Virus genome (UHGV): UHGV-0367149
DNA: 37,417 nt
Strand: one strand, 5' to 3'
Source of the DNA: a virus
Within the stretch, counting starts at the first letter, position 1; each line of letters opens with the position of its first letter. The position numbers and the translations under genes were made by a program. Positions 8,384 to 16,985 of the stretch are shown here, in pieces. Under the pieces are notes generated by a model. That model made no database searches and had not been told where the DNA came from. It saw nothing but the letters and a program-made list of their open reading frames with translations.

Positions 8384-8803
8384 GTGGCAAAAGTTTTTAC
8401 ACAAGAAGAGCGGGAAAAAATTAAAGGGCAGGTGGTGGAACTCGTACGCCAGAGTGGGCGCGAGACGTTACGACAACTGGAAGCTAAAACTGGGGCAACA
8501 AGATATCTGATGAGCGTTCTGGCCAGAGAGCTGGTTGCCAGTGGCGATGTATACAGCTCTGGTTACGGGTTATTCCCGTCTGAACAGGCGCGTAAGGACT
8601 GGCAAAACGCCCGCAAAAAACTCTCGAGGGCAAAGGTGAAGAAACCTGCTGTGGTTGATCCGGACCTTATCTGGTCATTACCTGACGGAGAAATACGTCG
8701 CTACGACAGTCGTCTAAACATAATCTGTCGCGAGTGCCGGAAGGCAAGGAGAAGCAGGCTATTGTTAACACCAAGCTGTAATGTCCCCTTTGAACCATTC
8801 TAA
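8384..8803 (+). CDS. hypothetical protein; 3' end abuts or enters the IS left end
   Basis: GTG start with AGGAGGA Shine-Dalgarno. 139-aa product with no recognised family. Stop lies only 33 nt before the transposase ATG, so the C-terminus may be IS-derived. Confidence 0.4.
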   Translation: MAKVFTQEEREKIKGQVVELVRQSGRETLRQLEAKTGATRYLMSVLARELVASGDVYSSGYGLFPSEQARKDWQNARKKLSRAKVKKPAVVDPDLIWSLPDGEIRRYDSRLNIICRECRKARRSRLLLTPSCNVPFEPF

Positions 8804-10540
8804 AATGTCCCCAGACAATTCTCTGGGGGATTTTTCATGATCAAAGAGACTGTTACGATGAGTCATAAGGAACTCCACCGACTTCAGATTATTCAGGAGT
8901 CAATTAATCGACATATTACTCAGGAACAAGCTGCGGCACGCATTGGCATTTCTATTCGGCAGGTTAAACGTCTGGTGCAACGGTATAGAAATGAAGGGCC
9001 TTCTGGTCTGGTTTCCCACCGACGTGGAAAGCGTCCTAATAATTCCTTTTCTACTGAATTCAGAGCAACAGTAATTTCACTCCTCAAAGGCCGTTACGCT
9101 GATTTTGGACCTACGTTTGCGTGCGAAAAATTGCGCGAGATACACGGTTTATCTTTATCCGTTGAAACTCTCAGAAAGTGGATGATAGAAGAGGGGTTAT
9201 GGCGTGAACGCCGTCGTAAAATTGCCCGTATATATCAACGCCGCATGCGACGACCATCTTACGGTGAACTGATCCAGATTGATGGCTCACCTCATGACTG
9301 GTTTGAAAATCGAGGCCCCAGATGTACACTGATCGTTTTCATTGATGATGCCACCAGTGCGTTGATGGCGTTGCGTTTTGTGCCTGCTGAAACAACCCGG
9401 GCTTACATGGAAACCCTCCGGGGTTACCTTAATGATCATGGCGTACCGCTCGCTCTCTACTCTGATAGACACAGTATATTCAGGGTAAATAACCCAGAGC
9501 GGGAAGGTGAGCTGACCCAGTTCACTCGTGCGATAAAGACACTGGGCATCGAGCCAATCCATGCCAACAGCCCGCAGGCAAAAGGGCGGGTAGAGCGCGC
9601 CAATCAGACACTACAGGACAGGCTGGTCAAAGAAATGCGGCTTCAGAATATCAGTGATATTGAAACAGCAAATGCATGGTTGCCGACCTTTATTGAAGCC
9701 TATAACAACCGGTTCGCTACGTCGCCTCATACTACTGATAATGCTCATCTTGATGTGCACCATTCTGAAGAGGAACTGGGTTATATCTTCAGCCTACAGG
9801 CGAAGCGCGTTCTGTCTAAAAATCTCACTTTCCAGTACAAAAGCAGTGCGTTTCAGGTACGCAGTGAGGGCCGGGGATATCGACTTAGGCATTCGGTTGT
9901 TACTGTATGTGAGAACTTTGACGGTGAAATTAACGTTCTGTATGACGGGAAAGCGCTGGGCTGGGAAAAGTATGTTGATGGCCCGGAGCCTATACCACTG
10001 GATGATGAAAAGAGTGTCCATGAACGAGTGGATAATGCCCGTATTGATTTACGCTCAAAATACTATGTTAAATCTAAAGCTGACCATCCCTGGCTTACGC
10101 GCCGAACGCAAAGTCATCAGCAAGTTAAGCCCCCGAAGTTACCTAAAAAGAAGCCTGATCCCGATAAAATAGATTGAAACCAAGATCGATTCGGTTGAGT
10201 GCATATCCATTCATAGGGTAGATTCTTAAGTCGCGTTTCTGGTGTTCATTTTCGGGTGGTTTGTTACTTGTTTTACCGGGGATATGCCAGAAACGCGCTG
10301 AGTCAGTCTGGGCGGTGCGCGTAATGAGGCGTTATGGTAAATAGCCTATGCTAATGTCCGCTAAGAGCAAGAAGCGGAAGTTGGCAGTTTTGTGGACTGT
10401 CCCCACAAAAGTGACTACAGAAATAGTTGCAATTCATAATTGATCATGGGTTGTCAGTTAAACTCGTGGCGATTTAAATAGACTAATTGGGAGGGCGTCC
10501 ATTACTTATATCTTGTAATGTTAACTATCAGAAATGATAC
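8780..10540 (+). mobile_element. insertion sequence (single-ORF DDE transposase, IS481/ISNCY-like); ends not resolved
   Basis: Transposase ORF 8837-10177 plus about 350 bp of non-phage-like flank. I could not identify terminal inverted repeats or a target-site duplication by eye, so the boundaries are approximate. Confidence 0.4.
8837..10177 (+). CDS. IS transposase (N-terminal HTH, rve/DDE integrase core)
   Basis: 446-aa ORF. N-terminal HTH (...AAARIGISIRQVKRLVQRY...). Candidate DDE triad in ...LIQIDGSPHDW..., ...ALYSDRHSIF..., ...AKGRVERANQTLQ... Confidence 0.85.
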   Translation: MIKETVTMSHKELHRLQIIQESINRHITQEQAAARIGISIRQVKRLVQRYRNEGPSGLVSHRRGKRPNNSFSTEFRATVISLLKGRYADFGPTFACEKLREIHGLSLSVETLRKWMIEEGLWRERRRKIARIYQRRMRRPSYGELIQIDGSPHDWFENRGPRCTLIVFIDDATSALMALRFVPAETTRAYMETLRGYLNDHGVPLALYSDRHSIFRVNNPEREGELTQFTRAIKTLGIEPIHANSPQAKGRVERANQTLQDRLVKEMRLQNISDIETANAWLPTFIEAYNNRFATSPHTTDNAHLDVHHSEEELGYIFSLQAKRVLSKNLTFQYKSSAFQVRSEGRGYRLRHSVVTVCENFDGEINVLYDGKALGWEKYVDGPEPIPLDDEKSVHERVDNARIDLRSKYYVKSKADHPWLTRRTQSHQQVKPPKLPKKKPDPDKID

Positions 10541-10613
10541 AAAGATAATATGTCTTTAAAGAAAAGGCTGATGGCGAAAAGTGGCCCGATGAGGGCCACA
10601 ATACGGCTGTCAC

Positions 10614-10946
10614 TTAGACGTAAATATCAATGGTGCCAGCGGTATTTGTATCGTCTTTTTTCTCTTCTTTTTTATCAGGCTGAACTGTCGCGTCTTTATT
10701 CTTTTTCTCTGCCTGCTGCCTTAACAACTGCTCCAGTTGAGCCCTGAGGCTTTCAATTTGCTTCTGTACCAATGCAGCCATTTCTTTTTTCTGCTGTGTC
10801 GTCATCCCCTCTTCCGATGAGATTTTCCCAAGCTTTTCAGTCAACACCTGAATTTGTCTTGTGATTTTGGCTATTTCTGATGTTCCTTCCGGGGCGGAGT
10901 TGTTTGAAATAACGGTTGAGGTATTTCCCTGAATTGTGACAGACAT
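10614..10946 (-). CDS. flxA: FlxA (FliA-dependent Qin-prophage protein)
   Basis: 110-aa ORF MSVTIQGNTSTVISNNSAPEGTSEIAKITRQIQVLTEKLGK... matching K-12 FlxA as recalled. AAGGAG Shine-Dalgarno. Preceded by a sigma28-type promoter. Confidence 0.85.
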   Translation of the reverse strand: MSVTIQGNTSTVISNNSAPEGTSEIAKITRQIQVLTEKLGKISSEEGMTTQQKKEMAALVQKQIESLRAQLEQLLRQQAEKKNKDATVQPDKKEEKKDDTNTAGTIDIYV

Positions 10947-10969
10947 AGATTTCTCCTTTTAAAAAAGCA

Positions 10970-10996
10970 CTATCGGCATGCACAAAAAAATCTTTA
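10970..10996 (-). promoter_or_regulatory. sigma28 (FliA) promoter of flxA
   Basis: On the minus strand: TAAAGATT, an 11-nt spacer, then GCCGATAG, against the sigma28 consensus TAAAGTTT-N11-GCCGATAA. Positioned about 25 nt upstream of the flxA ATG. Confidence 0.65.
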
Positions 10997-11148
10997 ATCG
11001 TATTTCTTGTGTCATTAATTGTTTGATGTTCAGATTGTTTTCCTCGCGGGCTGGCGCGCCTCAGAAAGTAAAGCTTGTTGACAGGGGTAAACGTTCGGCA
11101 ATAATTTTCTGCCGCATGCGGGTGTTGCATAAAACGTGCTACGTTCCT

Positions 11149-11454
11149 TTATCGACAGGTCAGGTCACCGCTCACCCGCCGACGAGAAAGCAACACTGAC
11201 ATGCTAAAGCAAAAAATAGATGAATAAGTTGAGTTGTGCATATGTAGCCTGACCGTCACAAAGTATATGGTGTCTGTACCAGTAAGATGATGGCCGGACT
11301 CTTTAAAAGCGAGCTGACCTGCACAATACAGGATGGACTTAGCAATGGCTGCTCCTGGCACAAAGCGGACAGTGATCACCGTTCTTACGACTACTTTCTG
11401 ACTTCCTTCGTGACTTGCCCTAAGCATGTTGTAGTGCGATACTTGTAATGACAT
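11149..11454 (-). CDS. YdfV-like hypothetical protein
   Basis: 101-aa ORF between flxA and relB, the position and length of K-12 ydfV. Sequence is not strongly protein-like. Confidence 0.4.
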   Translation of the reverse strand: MSLQVSHYNMLRASHEGSQKVVVRTVITVRFVPGAAIAKSILYCAGQLAFKESGHHLTGTDTIYFVTVRLHMHNSTYSSIFCFSMSVLLSRRRVSGDLTCR

Positions 11455-11478
11455 TTGTAATTACAAGAGGTGTAAGAC

Positions 11479-11718
11479 ATGGGTAGCATTAACCTGCGTA
11501 TTGACGATGAACTTAAAGCGCGTTCTTACGCCGCGCTTGAAAAAATGGGTGTAACTCCTTCTGAAGCGCTTCGTCTCATGCTCGAGTATATCGCTGACAA
11601 TGAACGCTTGCCGTTCAAACAGACACTCCTGAGTGATGAAGATGCTGAACTTGTGGAGATAGTGAAAGAACGGCTTCGTAATCCTAAGCCAGTACGTGTG
11701 ACGCTGGATGAACTCTGA
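11479..11718 (+). CDS. relB: RelB antitoxin
   Basis: 79-aa ORF MGSINLRIDDELKARSYAALEKMGVTPSEALRLMLEYIADNERLPFKQTLLSDEDAELVEIVKERLRNPKPVRVTLDEL, matching K-12 RelB as recalled. Confidence 0.92.
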   Translation: MGSINLRIDDELKARSYAALEKMGVTPSEALRLMLEYIADNERLPFKQTLLSDEDAELVEIVKERLRNPKPVRVTLDEL

Positions 11719-12005
11719 TGGCGTATTTTCTGGATTTTGACGAGCGGGCACTAAAGGAATGGCGAAAGCTGGGCTCGACGGTACGTGAACAGTTGAAAAA
11801 GAAGCTGGTTGAAGTACTTGAGTCACCCCGGATTGAAGCAAACAAGCTCCGTGGTATGCCTGATTGTTACAAGATTAAGCTCCGGTCTTCAGGCTATCGC
11901 CTTGTATACCAGGTTATAGACGAGAAAGTTGTCGTTTTCGTGATTTCTGTTGGGAAAAGAGAACGCTCGGAAGTATATAGCGAGGCGGTCAAACGCATTC
12001 TCTGA
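11718..12005 (+). CDS. relE: RelE mRNA-interferase toxin
   Basis: 95-aa ORF MAYFLDFDERALKEWRKLGSTVREQLKKKLVEVLESPRIEANKLRGMPDCYKIKLRSSGYRLVYQVIDEKVVVFVISVGKRERSEVYSEAVKRIL. Start overlaps the relB stop. Confidence 0.92.
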   Translation: MAYFLDFDERALKEWRKLGSTVREQLKKKLVEVLESPRIEANKLRGMPDCYKIKLRSSGYRLVYQVIDEKVVVFVISVGKRERSEVYSEAVKRIL

Positions 12006-12076
12006 ACCAAAGCATGACATCTCTGTTTCGCACCGAAGGTGACACTTCTGCTTTGCGTTGACAGGAGAAGCAGGCT

Positions 12077-12232
12077 ATGAAGCAGCAAAAGGCGATGTTA
12101 ATCGCCCTGATCGTCATCTGTTTAACCGTCATAGTGACGGCACTGGTAACGAGGAAAGACCTCTGCGAGGTACGAATCCGAACCGGCCAGACGGAGGTCG
12201 CTGTCTTCACAGCTTACGAACCTGAGGAGTAA
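12077..12232 (+). CDS. hokD: HokD (RelF) Hok-family membrane toxin
   Basis: Not in the ORF track (51 aa). ATG at 12077 to TAA at 12230-12232 encodes MKQQKAMLIALIVICLTVIVTALVTRKDLCEVRIRTGQTEVAVFTAYEPEE, matching HokD as recalled. Directly downstream of relE. Confidence 0.88.
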   Translation: MKQQKAMLIALIVICLTVIVTALVTRKDLCEVRIRTGQTEVAVFTAYEPEE

Positions 12233-12299
12233 GAGACCCGGCGGGGGAGAAATCCCTCGCCACCTCTGATGTGGCAGGCATCCTCAACGCACCCGCACT

Positions 12300-12330
12300 T
12301 AACCCGCTTCGGCGGGTTTTTGTTTTTATT
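12300..12330 (+). terminator. intrinsic terminator after relB-relE-hokD
   Basis: AACCCGCTTCGGCGGGTTTTTGTTTTTATT: GC-rich hairpin followed by a T-tract. Confidence 0.65.
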
Positions 12331-12448
12331 TTCAACGCGTTTGAAGTTCTGGACGGTGCCGGAATAGAATCAAAAATACTTAAGTAGCGCGCAGGGATAA
12401 GAGGGATGGTCCCTTAAAGGGGAGAGCTAATTATCCGGAAGGATTCTG

Positions 12449-12700
12449 ATGATGAACATCGAAGAACTGCGTAAAATTTTTTGTGAAGATGGCCTCTATG
12501 CTGTGTGCGTTGAAAATGGAAATCTTGTTAGTCATTACCGCATTATGTGTTTGCGAAAGAATGGGGCTGCGTTAATTAATTTTGTGGATGCTCGGGTCAC
12601 GGACGGATTTATCTTGCGCGAAGGTGAGTTTGTCACTTCATTACAGGCATTGAAAGAGATCGGAATAAAAGCTGGCTTTTCTGCTTTTTCAGGAGAATAA
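12449..12700 (+). CDS. rem: Rem (Qin-prophage small protein)
   Basis: 83-aa ORF downstream of hokD, the position and length of K-12 rem. Sequence identity is recalled only weakly. Confidence 0.6.
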   Translation: MMNIEELRKIFCEDGLYAVCVENGNLVSHYRIMCLRKNGAALINFVDARVTDGFILREGEFVTSLQALKEIGIKAGFSAFSGE

Positions 12701-12766
12701 ACTCATCTACAATCTTGCGCGGGGCTGAACTCCCGCTGAGTAACACCGTGCCACCGGAGAAAACCG

Positions 12767-13045
12767 ATGGCACGCAACGCAAAATATTACAATTCTGATA
12801 ATTCGCCCGTTCTTGCCTGCACGCACGGGCGGTATTCTCACGCATTCAAGTCTGAATGGTTCCAGCACCCTCCATGCACTGCAGAACAGGCCGAATGGCT
12901 GATTCATTCTTACCGCAGGCGCGGGTTCGAGGTTAAGAAAGCTCTCAGTCTCGACTATCGGCACTGGATAATCTCTGTCAGGCTGCCTTATTCCGAACGC
13001 CCACCACGTGCGTCCCGCACTTTCCAGCAACGGATCTGGAGGTAA
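12767..13045 (+). CDS. hypothetical 92-aa protein, translationally coupled to ydfU
   Basis: ATG at 12767 preceded by GGAG. Its TAA stop (13043-13045) sits inside the GGAGG Shine-Dalgarno of the downstream GTG start. No recognised family. Confidence 0.4.
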   Translation: MARNAKYYNSDNSPVLACTHGRYSHAFKSEWFQHPPCTAEQAEWLIHSYRRRGFEVKKALSLDYRHWIISVRLPYSERPPRASRTFQQRIWR

Positions 13046-13046
13046 C

Positions 13047-14096
13047 GTGCGGGTATTACTTAGACCTGTTCTGGTGCCTGAGCTTGGGCTGGTGGTCCTT
13101 AAGCCGGGCCGTGAATCCATACAGATATTTCATAATCCTCGAGTGCTGGTGGAACCGGAACCAAAAAGCATGCGTAATCTGCCATCCGGAGTCGTTCCTG
13201 CCGTTCGCCAGCCGCTGGCGGAAGACAAAACATTGCTGCCGTTTTTTAGTAACGAACGGGTGATTCGTGCTGCTGGCGACGTTGGCGCATTGTCCGACTG
13301 GCTATTACGTCATGTTACATCCTGCCAGTGGCCTAATGGCGATTACCATCACACTGAAACAGTCATTCACCGTTATGGTACCGGCGCAATGGTGTTGTGC
13401 TGGCACTGCGACAACCAACTGCGTGACCAGACATCGGAATCACTGGAGCTGCTTGCTCAACAAAATCTGACAGCATGGGTGATTGACGTCATCCGTCACG
13501 CAATAAGCGGTACGCAGGAGCGGGAATTATCTTTGGCTGAATTATCCTGGTGGGCGGTCTGCAATCAGGTGGTGGATGCACTACCTGAGGCTGTATCGCG
13601 TCGTTCGCTGGGATTACCAGCGGAAAAAATCTGCTCGGTGTACCGCGAAAGCGACATCGTACCGGGAGAGCAGACCGCCACCAGCATATTGAAACAACGC
13701 ACAAAAAATCTTGCACCGTTGCCTTACGCCCACCAGCAACAAAAATCACCACAGGAAAAGACGGTGGTAAGCATCACCGTTGATCCAGAGTCTCCGGAAT
13801 CTTTCATGAAGCTGCCTAAACGTCGCCGCTGGGTTAAGGAGAAATACACACGTTGGGTTAAGACACAGCCGTGTGCTTGCTGCGGTATGCCAGCCGACGA
13901 TCCGCATCATCTGATTGGTCACGGGCAGGGCGGAATGGGAACAAAAGCACATGATCTCTTTGTGTTGCCTTTGTGCAGAAAGCATCACAACGAGCTGCAT
14001 ACGGATACAGTGGCATTTGAAGATAAGTATGGCTCCCAACTGGAGCTGATATTTCGTTTTATCGATCGCGCGCTGGCAATTGGCGTACTGGCGTAA
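13047..14096 (+). CDS. ydfU: YdfU (DUF968) protein with HNH-like Cys/His motif
   Basis: GTG at 13047 with GGAGG 5 nt upstream gives 349 aa, the K-12 YdfU length as recalled. C-terminus ...CACCGMPADDPHHLIGHGQGG...CRKHHNELH is an HNH/zinc-finger-like signature. The ORF-track ATG at 13008 is the alternative start. Confidence 0.75.
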   Translation: MRVLLRPVLVPELGLVVLKPGRESIQIFHNPRVLVEPEPKSMRNLPSGVVPAVRQPLAEDKTLLPFFSNERVIRAAGDVGALSDWLLRHVTSCQWPNGDYHHTETVIHRYGTGAMVLCWHCDNQLRDQTSESLELLAQQNLTAWVIDVIRHAISGTQERELSLAELSWWAVCNQVVDALPEAVSRRSLGLPAEKICSVYRESDIVPGEQTATSILKQRTKNLAPLPYAHQQQKSPQEKTVVSITVDPESPESFMKLPKRRRWVKEKYTRWVKTQPCACCGMPADDPHHLIGHGQGGMGTKAHDLFVLPLCRKHHNELHTDTVAFEDKYGSQLELIFRFIDRALAIGVLA

Positions 14097-14109
14097 GTGG
14101 AGAACGAGC

Positions 14110-14862
14110 ATGAACCTTGAAGCCTTACCAAAATATTACTCCCCAAAATCTCCAAAATTGAGCGATGACGCTCCAGCGACAGGCACCGGTTGTTTAACAA
14201 TTACGGATGTAATGGCAGCGCAGGGGATGGTGCAGTCGAAAGCACCACTTGGGTTGGCCTTATTTCTGGCAAAAGTTGGTGTTCAGGACCCTCAGTTTGC
14301 GATTGAAGGCCTGCTAAATTACGCGATGGCACTGGATAACCCGACATTGAACAAATTGAGTGAAGAAATCCGGTTACAGATTATTCCTTACCTCGTGAGT
14401 TTTGCCTTTGCTGATTACTCCAGGTCTGCGGCAAGTAAGGCTCGCTGTGAGCATTGTTCAGGTACGGGATTTTATAATGTATTGCGCGAAGTGGTGAAAC
14501 ACTACAGACGCGGGGAATCTGTAATCAAGGAAGAATGGGTGAAGGAACTATGTCAGCATTGCCATGGTAAGGGCGAAGCCAGCACAGCGTGCAGAGGGTG
14601 TAAGGGTAAAGGGATTGTTCTGGATGAAAAAAGAACCCGGTTTCATGGCGTACCGGTATATAAGATTTGTGGGCGTTGTAATGGAAACCGGTTTAGTCGT
14701 TTACCGACCACGCTGGCACGACGTCATGTCCAGAAGCTGGTACCAGACCTGACCGATTATCAGTGGTATAAGGGGTATGCGGACGTCATTGGTAAACTGG
14801 TAACAAAGTGCTGGCAGGAAGAAGCATACGCGGAAGCGCAATTGAGGAAGGTGACGAGATAA
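14110..14862 (+). CDS. quuQ: late-gene antiterminator Q
   Basis: ATG at 14110 gives 250 aa (MNLEALPKYY...). Cys-rich region CEHCSGTGF...CQHCHGKGE...CRGCKGKG...CGRCNG typical of Q-family antiterminators. Upstream of the lysis genes. Confidence 0.8.
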   Translation: MNLEALPKYYSPKSPKLSDDAPATGTGCLTITDVMAAQGMVQSKAPLGLALFLAKVGVQDPQFAIEGLLNYAMALDNPTLNKLSEEIRLQIIPYLVSFAFADYSRSAASKARCEHCSGTGFYNVLREVVKHYRRGESVIKEEWVKELCQHCHGKGEASTACRGCKGKGIVLDEKRTRFHGVPVYKICGRCNGNRFSRLPTTLARRHVQKLVPDLTDYQWYKGYADVIGKLVTKCWQEEAYAEAQLRKVTR

Positions 14863-14893
14863 ATGATTTTTGCTGAAGATGGCGACATGATGT

Positions 14894-14922
14894 TTGCATT
14901 TTTCAAAAAATATGGATAAAAT
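14894..14922 (+). promoter_or_regulatory. candidate late promoter (PR'-like) downstream of Q
   Basis: TTGCAT (14894-14899), a 17-nt spacer, then TAAAAT (14917-14922), about 30 nt after the Q stop. Followed about 50 nt later by an intrinsic terminator, the classic PR'/qut/tR' arrangement. Confidence 0.4.
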
Positions 14923-14968
14923 TTTTTCAACGATGGGCTTTGTATACCCGACGTTAAGAAAAAGTAGA

Positions 14969-14996
14969 AAACCCGCTGATGAGCGGGTTTTGTGCT
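14969..14996 (+). terminator. intrinsic terminator (tR'-like) downstream of the candidate late promoter
   Basis: AAAACCCGCTGATGAGCGGGTTTTGTGCTTT: hairpin plus T-tract. Confidence 0.5.
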
Positions 14997-15283
14997 TTAA
15001 ATGGGGCAATGGTAATGTTGAATCTCATCCCGGGACTCATGTCTGTTAACTTATTATTTAGCTGGTGACTTGGTTATTTGCCTGATGTTTAAAATGTTTT
15101 CTTCCAGTACAATGTCCCTAAACACAATGAGTCTGCTTATTATATTATTAGCAGAGCTATTACGGCCAAAGTACAGCATAAGCTTTTAAAGCCAATCAAC
15201 CAGTCATCAAGACAGACGGGGTTATTCATAAAAACTCTCCATGTGTGATCCGATGGGGCCTGAAATTAAAGCTTTAATATAGC

Positions 15284-15496
15284 TCATGAAAGGTAAACAT
15301 TGGCAGCTGAAGGGCCACGCAGACCATTTATCCGGCAAAATTCCACGCGTAATCCGGTGGTAATTTCTTCTGCATCGCGGAGATTGAGCGCTGAAACATG
15401 AAGCTGGACATCGATACGACCATCGGATGGGGTGATAAGACCCTTGCCGCTTTTGCCGTCAAAGGTTTTGACAATTCCTGTCATTTTACGGGACAA
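15284..15496 (-). CDS. cspF: cold-shock-domain protein CspF
   Basis: 70-aa [44 protein letters not shown]...; Csp fold with divergent RNP motifs, typical of CspF. Confidence 0.85.
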
Positions 15497-15796
15497 AAAA
15501 ATTCCTTAATACTGATAACTTGGCGCACTATACACACGTTCCTGAAGAAAGCTATAGTTTTTTGATGGGGTTGAAGATGGCTGGATGTCTAAAATAAACA
15601 TTGCTTCATATGTTCAACTATGCGTTAATGATTGCGTCGGTTTGAAGAACAGACGATATACGAAGTAGTTTACTAAAGCAGTTCTCATTTCAGGTGTTAT
15701 TCACTTATTCCTTCTTTGAGTCTCTCCAATTAAGTACGAAGTCGTTTCTGTTATGCAAACCATTTATGCCGAAAGGCTCAAGTTAAGGAATGTAGA

Positions 15797-16012
15797 ATGT
15801 CAAATAAAATGACTGGTTTAGTAAAATGGTTTAACGCTGATAAAGGTTTCGGCTTTATTTCTCCTGTTGATGGTAGTAAAGATGTGTTTGTGCATTTTTC
15901 TGCGATTCAGAATGATAATTATCGAACCTTATTTGAAGGTCAAAAGGTTACCTTCTCTATAGAGAGTGGTGCTAAAGGTCCTGCAGCAGCAAATGTCATC
16001 ATTACTGATTAA
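15797..16012 (+). CDS. cspB: cold-shock protein CspB
   Basis: 71-aa [74 protein letters not shown] with canonical RNP1/RNP2 motifs. Divergent from cspF, as in Qin. Confidence 0.85.
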   Translation: MSNKMTGLVKWFNADKGFGFISPVDGSKDVFVHFSAIQNDNYRTLFEGQKVTFSIESGAKGPAAANVIITD

Positions 16013-16294
16013 AATTCATCGCTCGTCTGTATACGATAACGAAGAAGGCTGATGCCTGAGTAGAGATACGGACAGAGTAGTGAATATTGGATCTCTTTAA
16101 TAAAAAGTAAGGAGGTCCAATACATGAAACAATGGCTAGCATATTTGGCAAAATCTTAATCAGGAAAAGTATGCTAACCATTGTGGTGAAGTGCAGGTTT
16201 GCTGCATGAATAGTTTTACAGCAGAAGCTAACTGCTGGCATGGCAAAACAAAGTGCGTAAGTGGATGACTCCCACAAAAAGCACCACAATCTCA

Positions 16295-16316
16295 AACCCG
16301 CTCAGGCGGGTTTTTT
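16295..16316 (+). terminator. intrinsic terminator downstream of cspB
   Basis: AAACCCGCTCAGGCGGGTTTTTTATT: hairpin plus T-tract. Confidence 0.55.
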
Positions 16317-16375
16317 ATTATCTGCTTTAAATATATTATTAAAATATAAAAAATACTTGTTACTAATAAAATCAA

Positions 16376-16546
16376 TCAGGCTACAGCTTTAAGATTTGTC
16401 TGGAATACTTTGTTGCAATGAGGGCAGATCAAAAGGGCACCTTTTTGTACTCTTGAAAAACTGTGTTGTGACTCTTGGGTGCAGTTTGGGCAGGAACATT
16501 TAACGAGATAATTACGGCGTGATTTTGAGTTTTTACGTTCTGACAT
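16376..16546 (-). CDS. small zinc-ribbon protein (YnfU-like)
   Basis: 56-aa product from the ATG at 16546 (MSERKNSKSRRNYLVKCSCPNCTQESQHSFSRVQKGALLICPHCNKVFQTNLKAVA) with two CxxC pairs. The ORF track gives a longer upstream-extended frame. Confidence 0.5.
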   Translation of the reverse strand: MSERKNSKSRRNYLVKCSCPNCTQESQHSFSRVQKGALLICPHCNKVFQTNLKAVA

Positions 16547-16765
16547 AGGCTTTTCCTGTATAAATGGCCGTATACAGTACACTAAATATGAAAACATTTC
16601 TCGTATTATTATTTTATATATGACTTTCTTTCAAAATAATTACCCACATTTTTAATGTGTATGTTTTTTTAGCGCCGTTGAGAACAACGTGTGCTGTCAA
16701 AACTACCCCGTAGACTCCGATCTTTTCAAACATATTGCACCATCCATGTACATCGGGGTGAGGAT

Positions 16766-16981
16766 ATGAAATCAATGGATAAGTTAACAACAGGTGTTGC
16801 CTATGGCACATCGGCGGGTAATGCTGGTTTCTGGGCATTGCAGTTACTCGATAAAGTAACTCCGTCACAGTGGGCTGCAATCGGTGTGCTGGGTAGCCTG
16901 GTTTTTGGCCTGCTGACGTATCTGACAAATCTTTATTTCAAGATTAAAGAAGACAGGCGTAAGGCTGCGAGAGGAGAGTAA
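16766..16981 (+). CDS. essQ: holin, phage-21 S-type pinholin with dual-start motif
   Basis: ATG at 16766 with GGGGTGAGGA Shine-Dalgarno. 71 aa [71 protein letters not shown], closely resembling phage 21 S. Two transmembrane segments. Confidence 0.85.
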   Translation: MKSMDKLTTGVAYGTSAGNAGFWALQLLDKVTPSQWAAIGVLGSLVFGLLTYLTNLYFKIKEDRRKAARGE

Positions 16982-16985
16982 TCCA

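Noticed and set aside
10550-10747. 65-aa plus-strand ORF at the 3' end of flxA
   Set aside because: Overlaps flxA antisense and the IS flank; no Shine-Dalgarno; not protein-like.
13008-13046. ATG at 13008 as the start of ydfU (ORF-track start)
   Set aside because: That ATG lies inside the upstream 92-aa ORF and lacks a Shine-Dalgarno. The GTG at 13047 has a GGAGG at ideal spacing and gives the 349-aa length recalled for YdfU.
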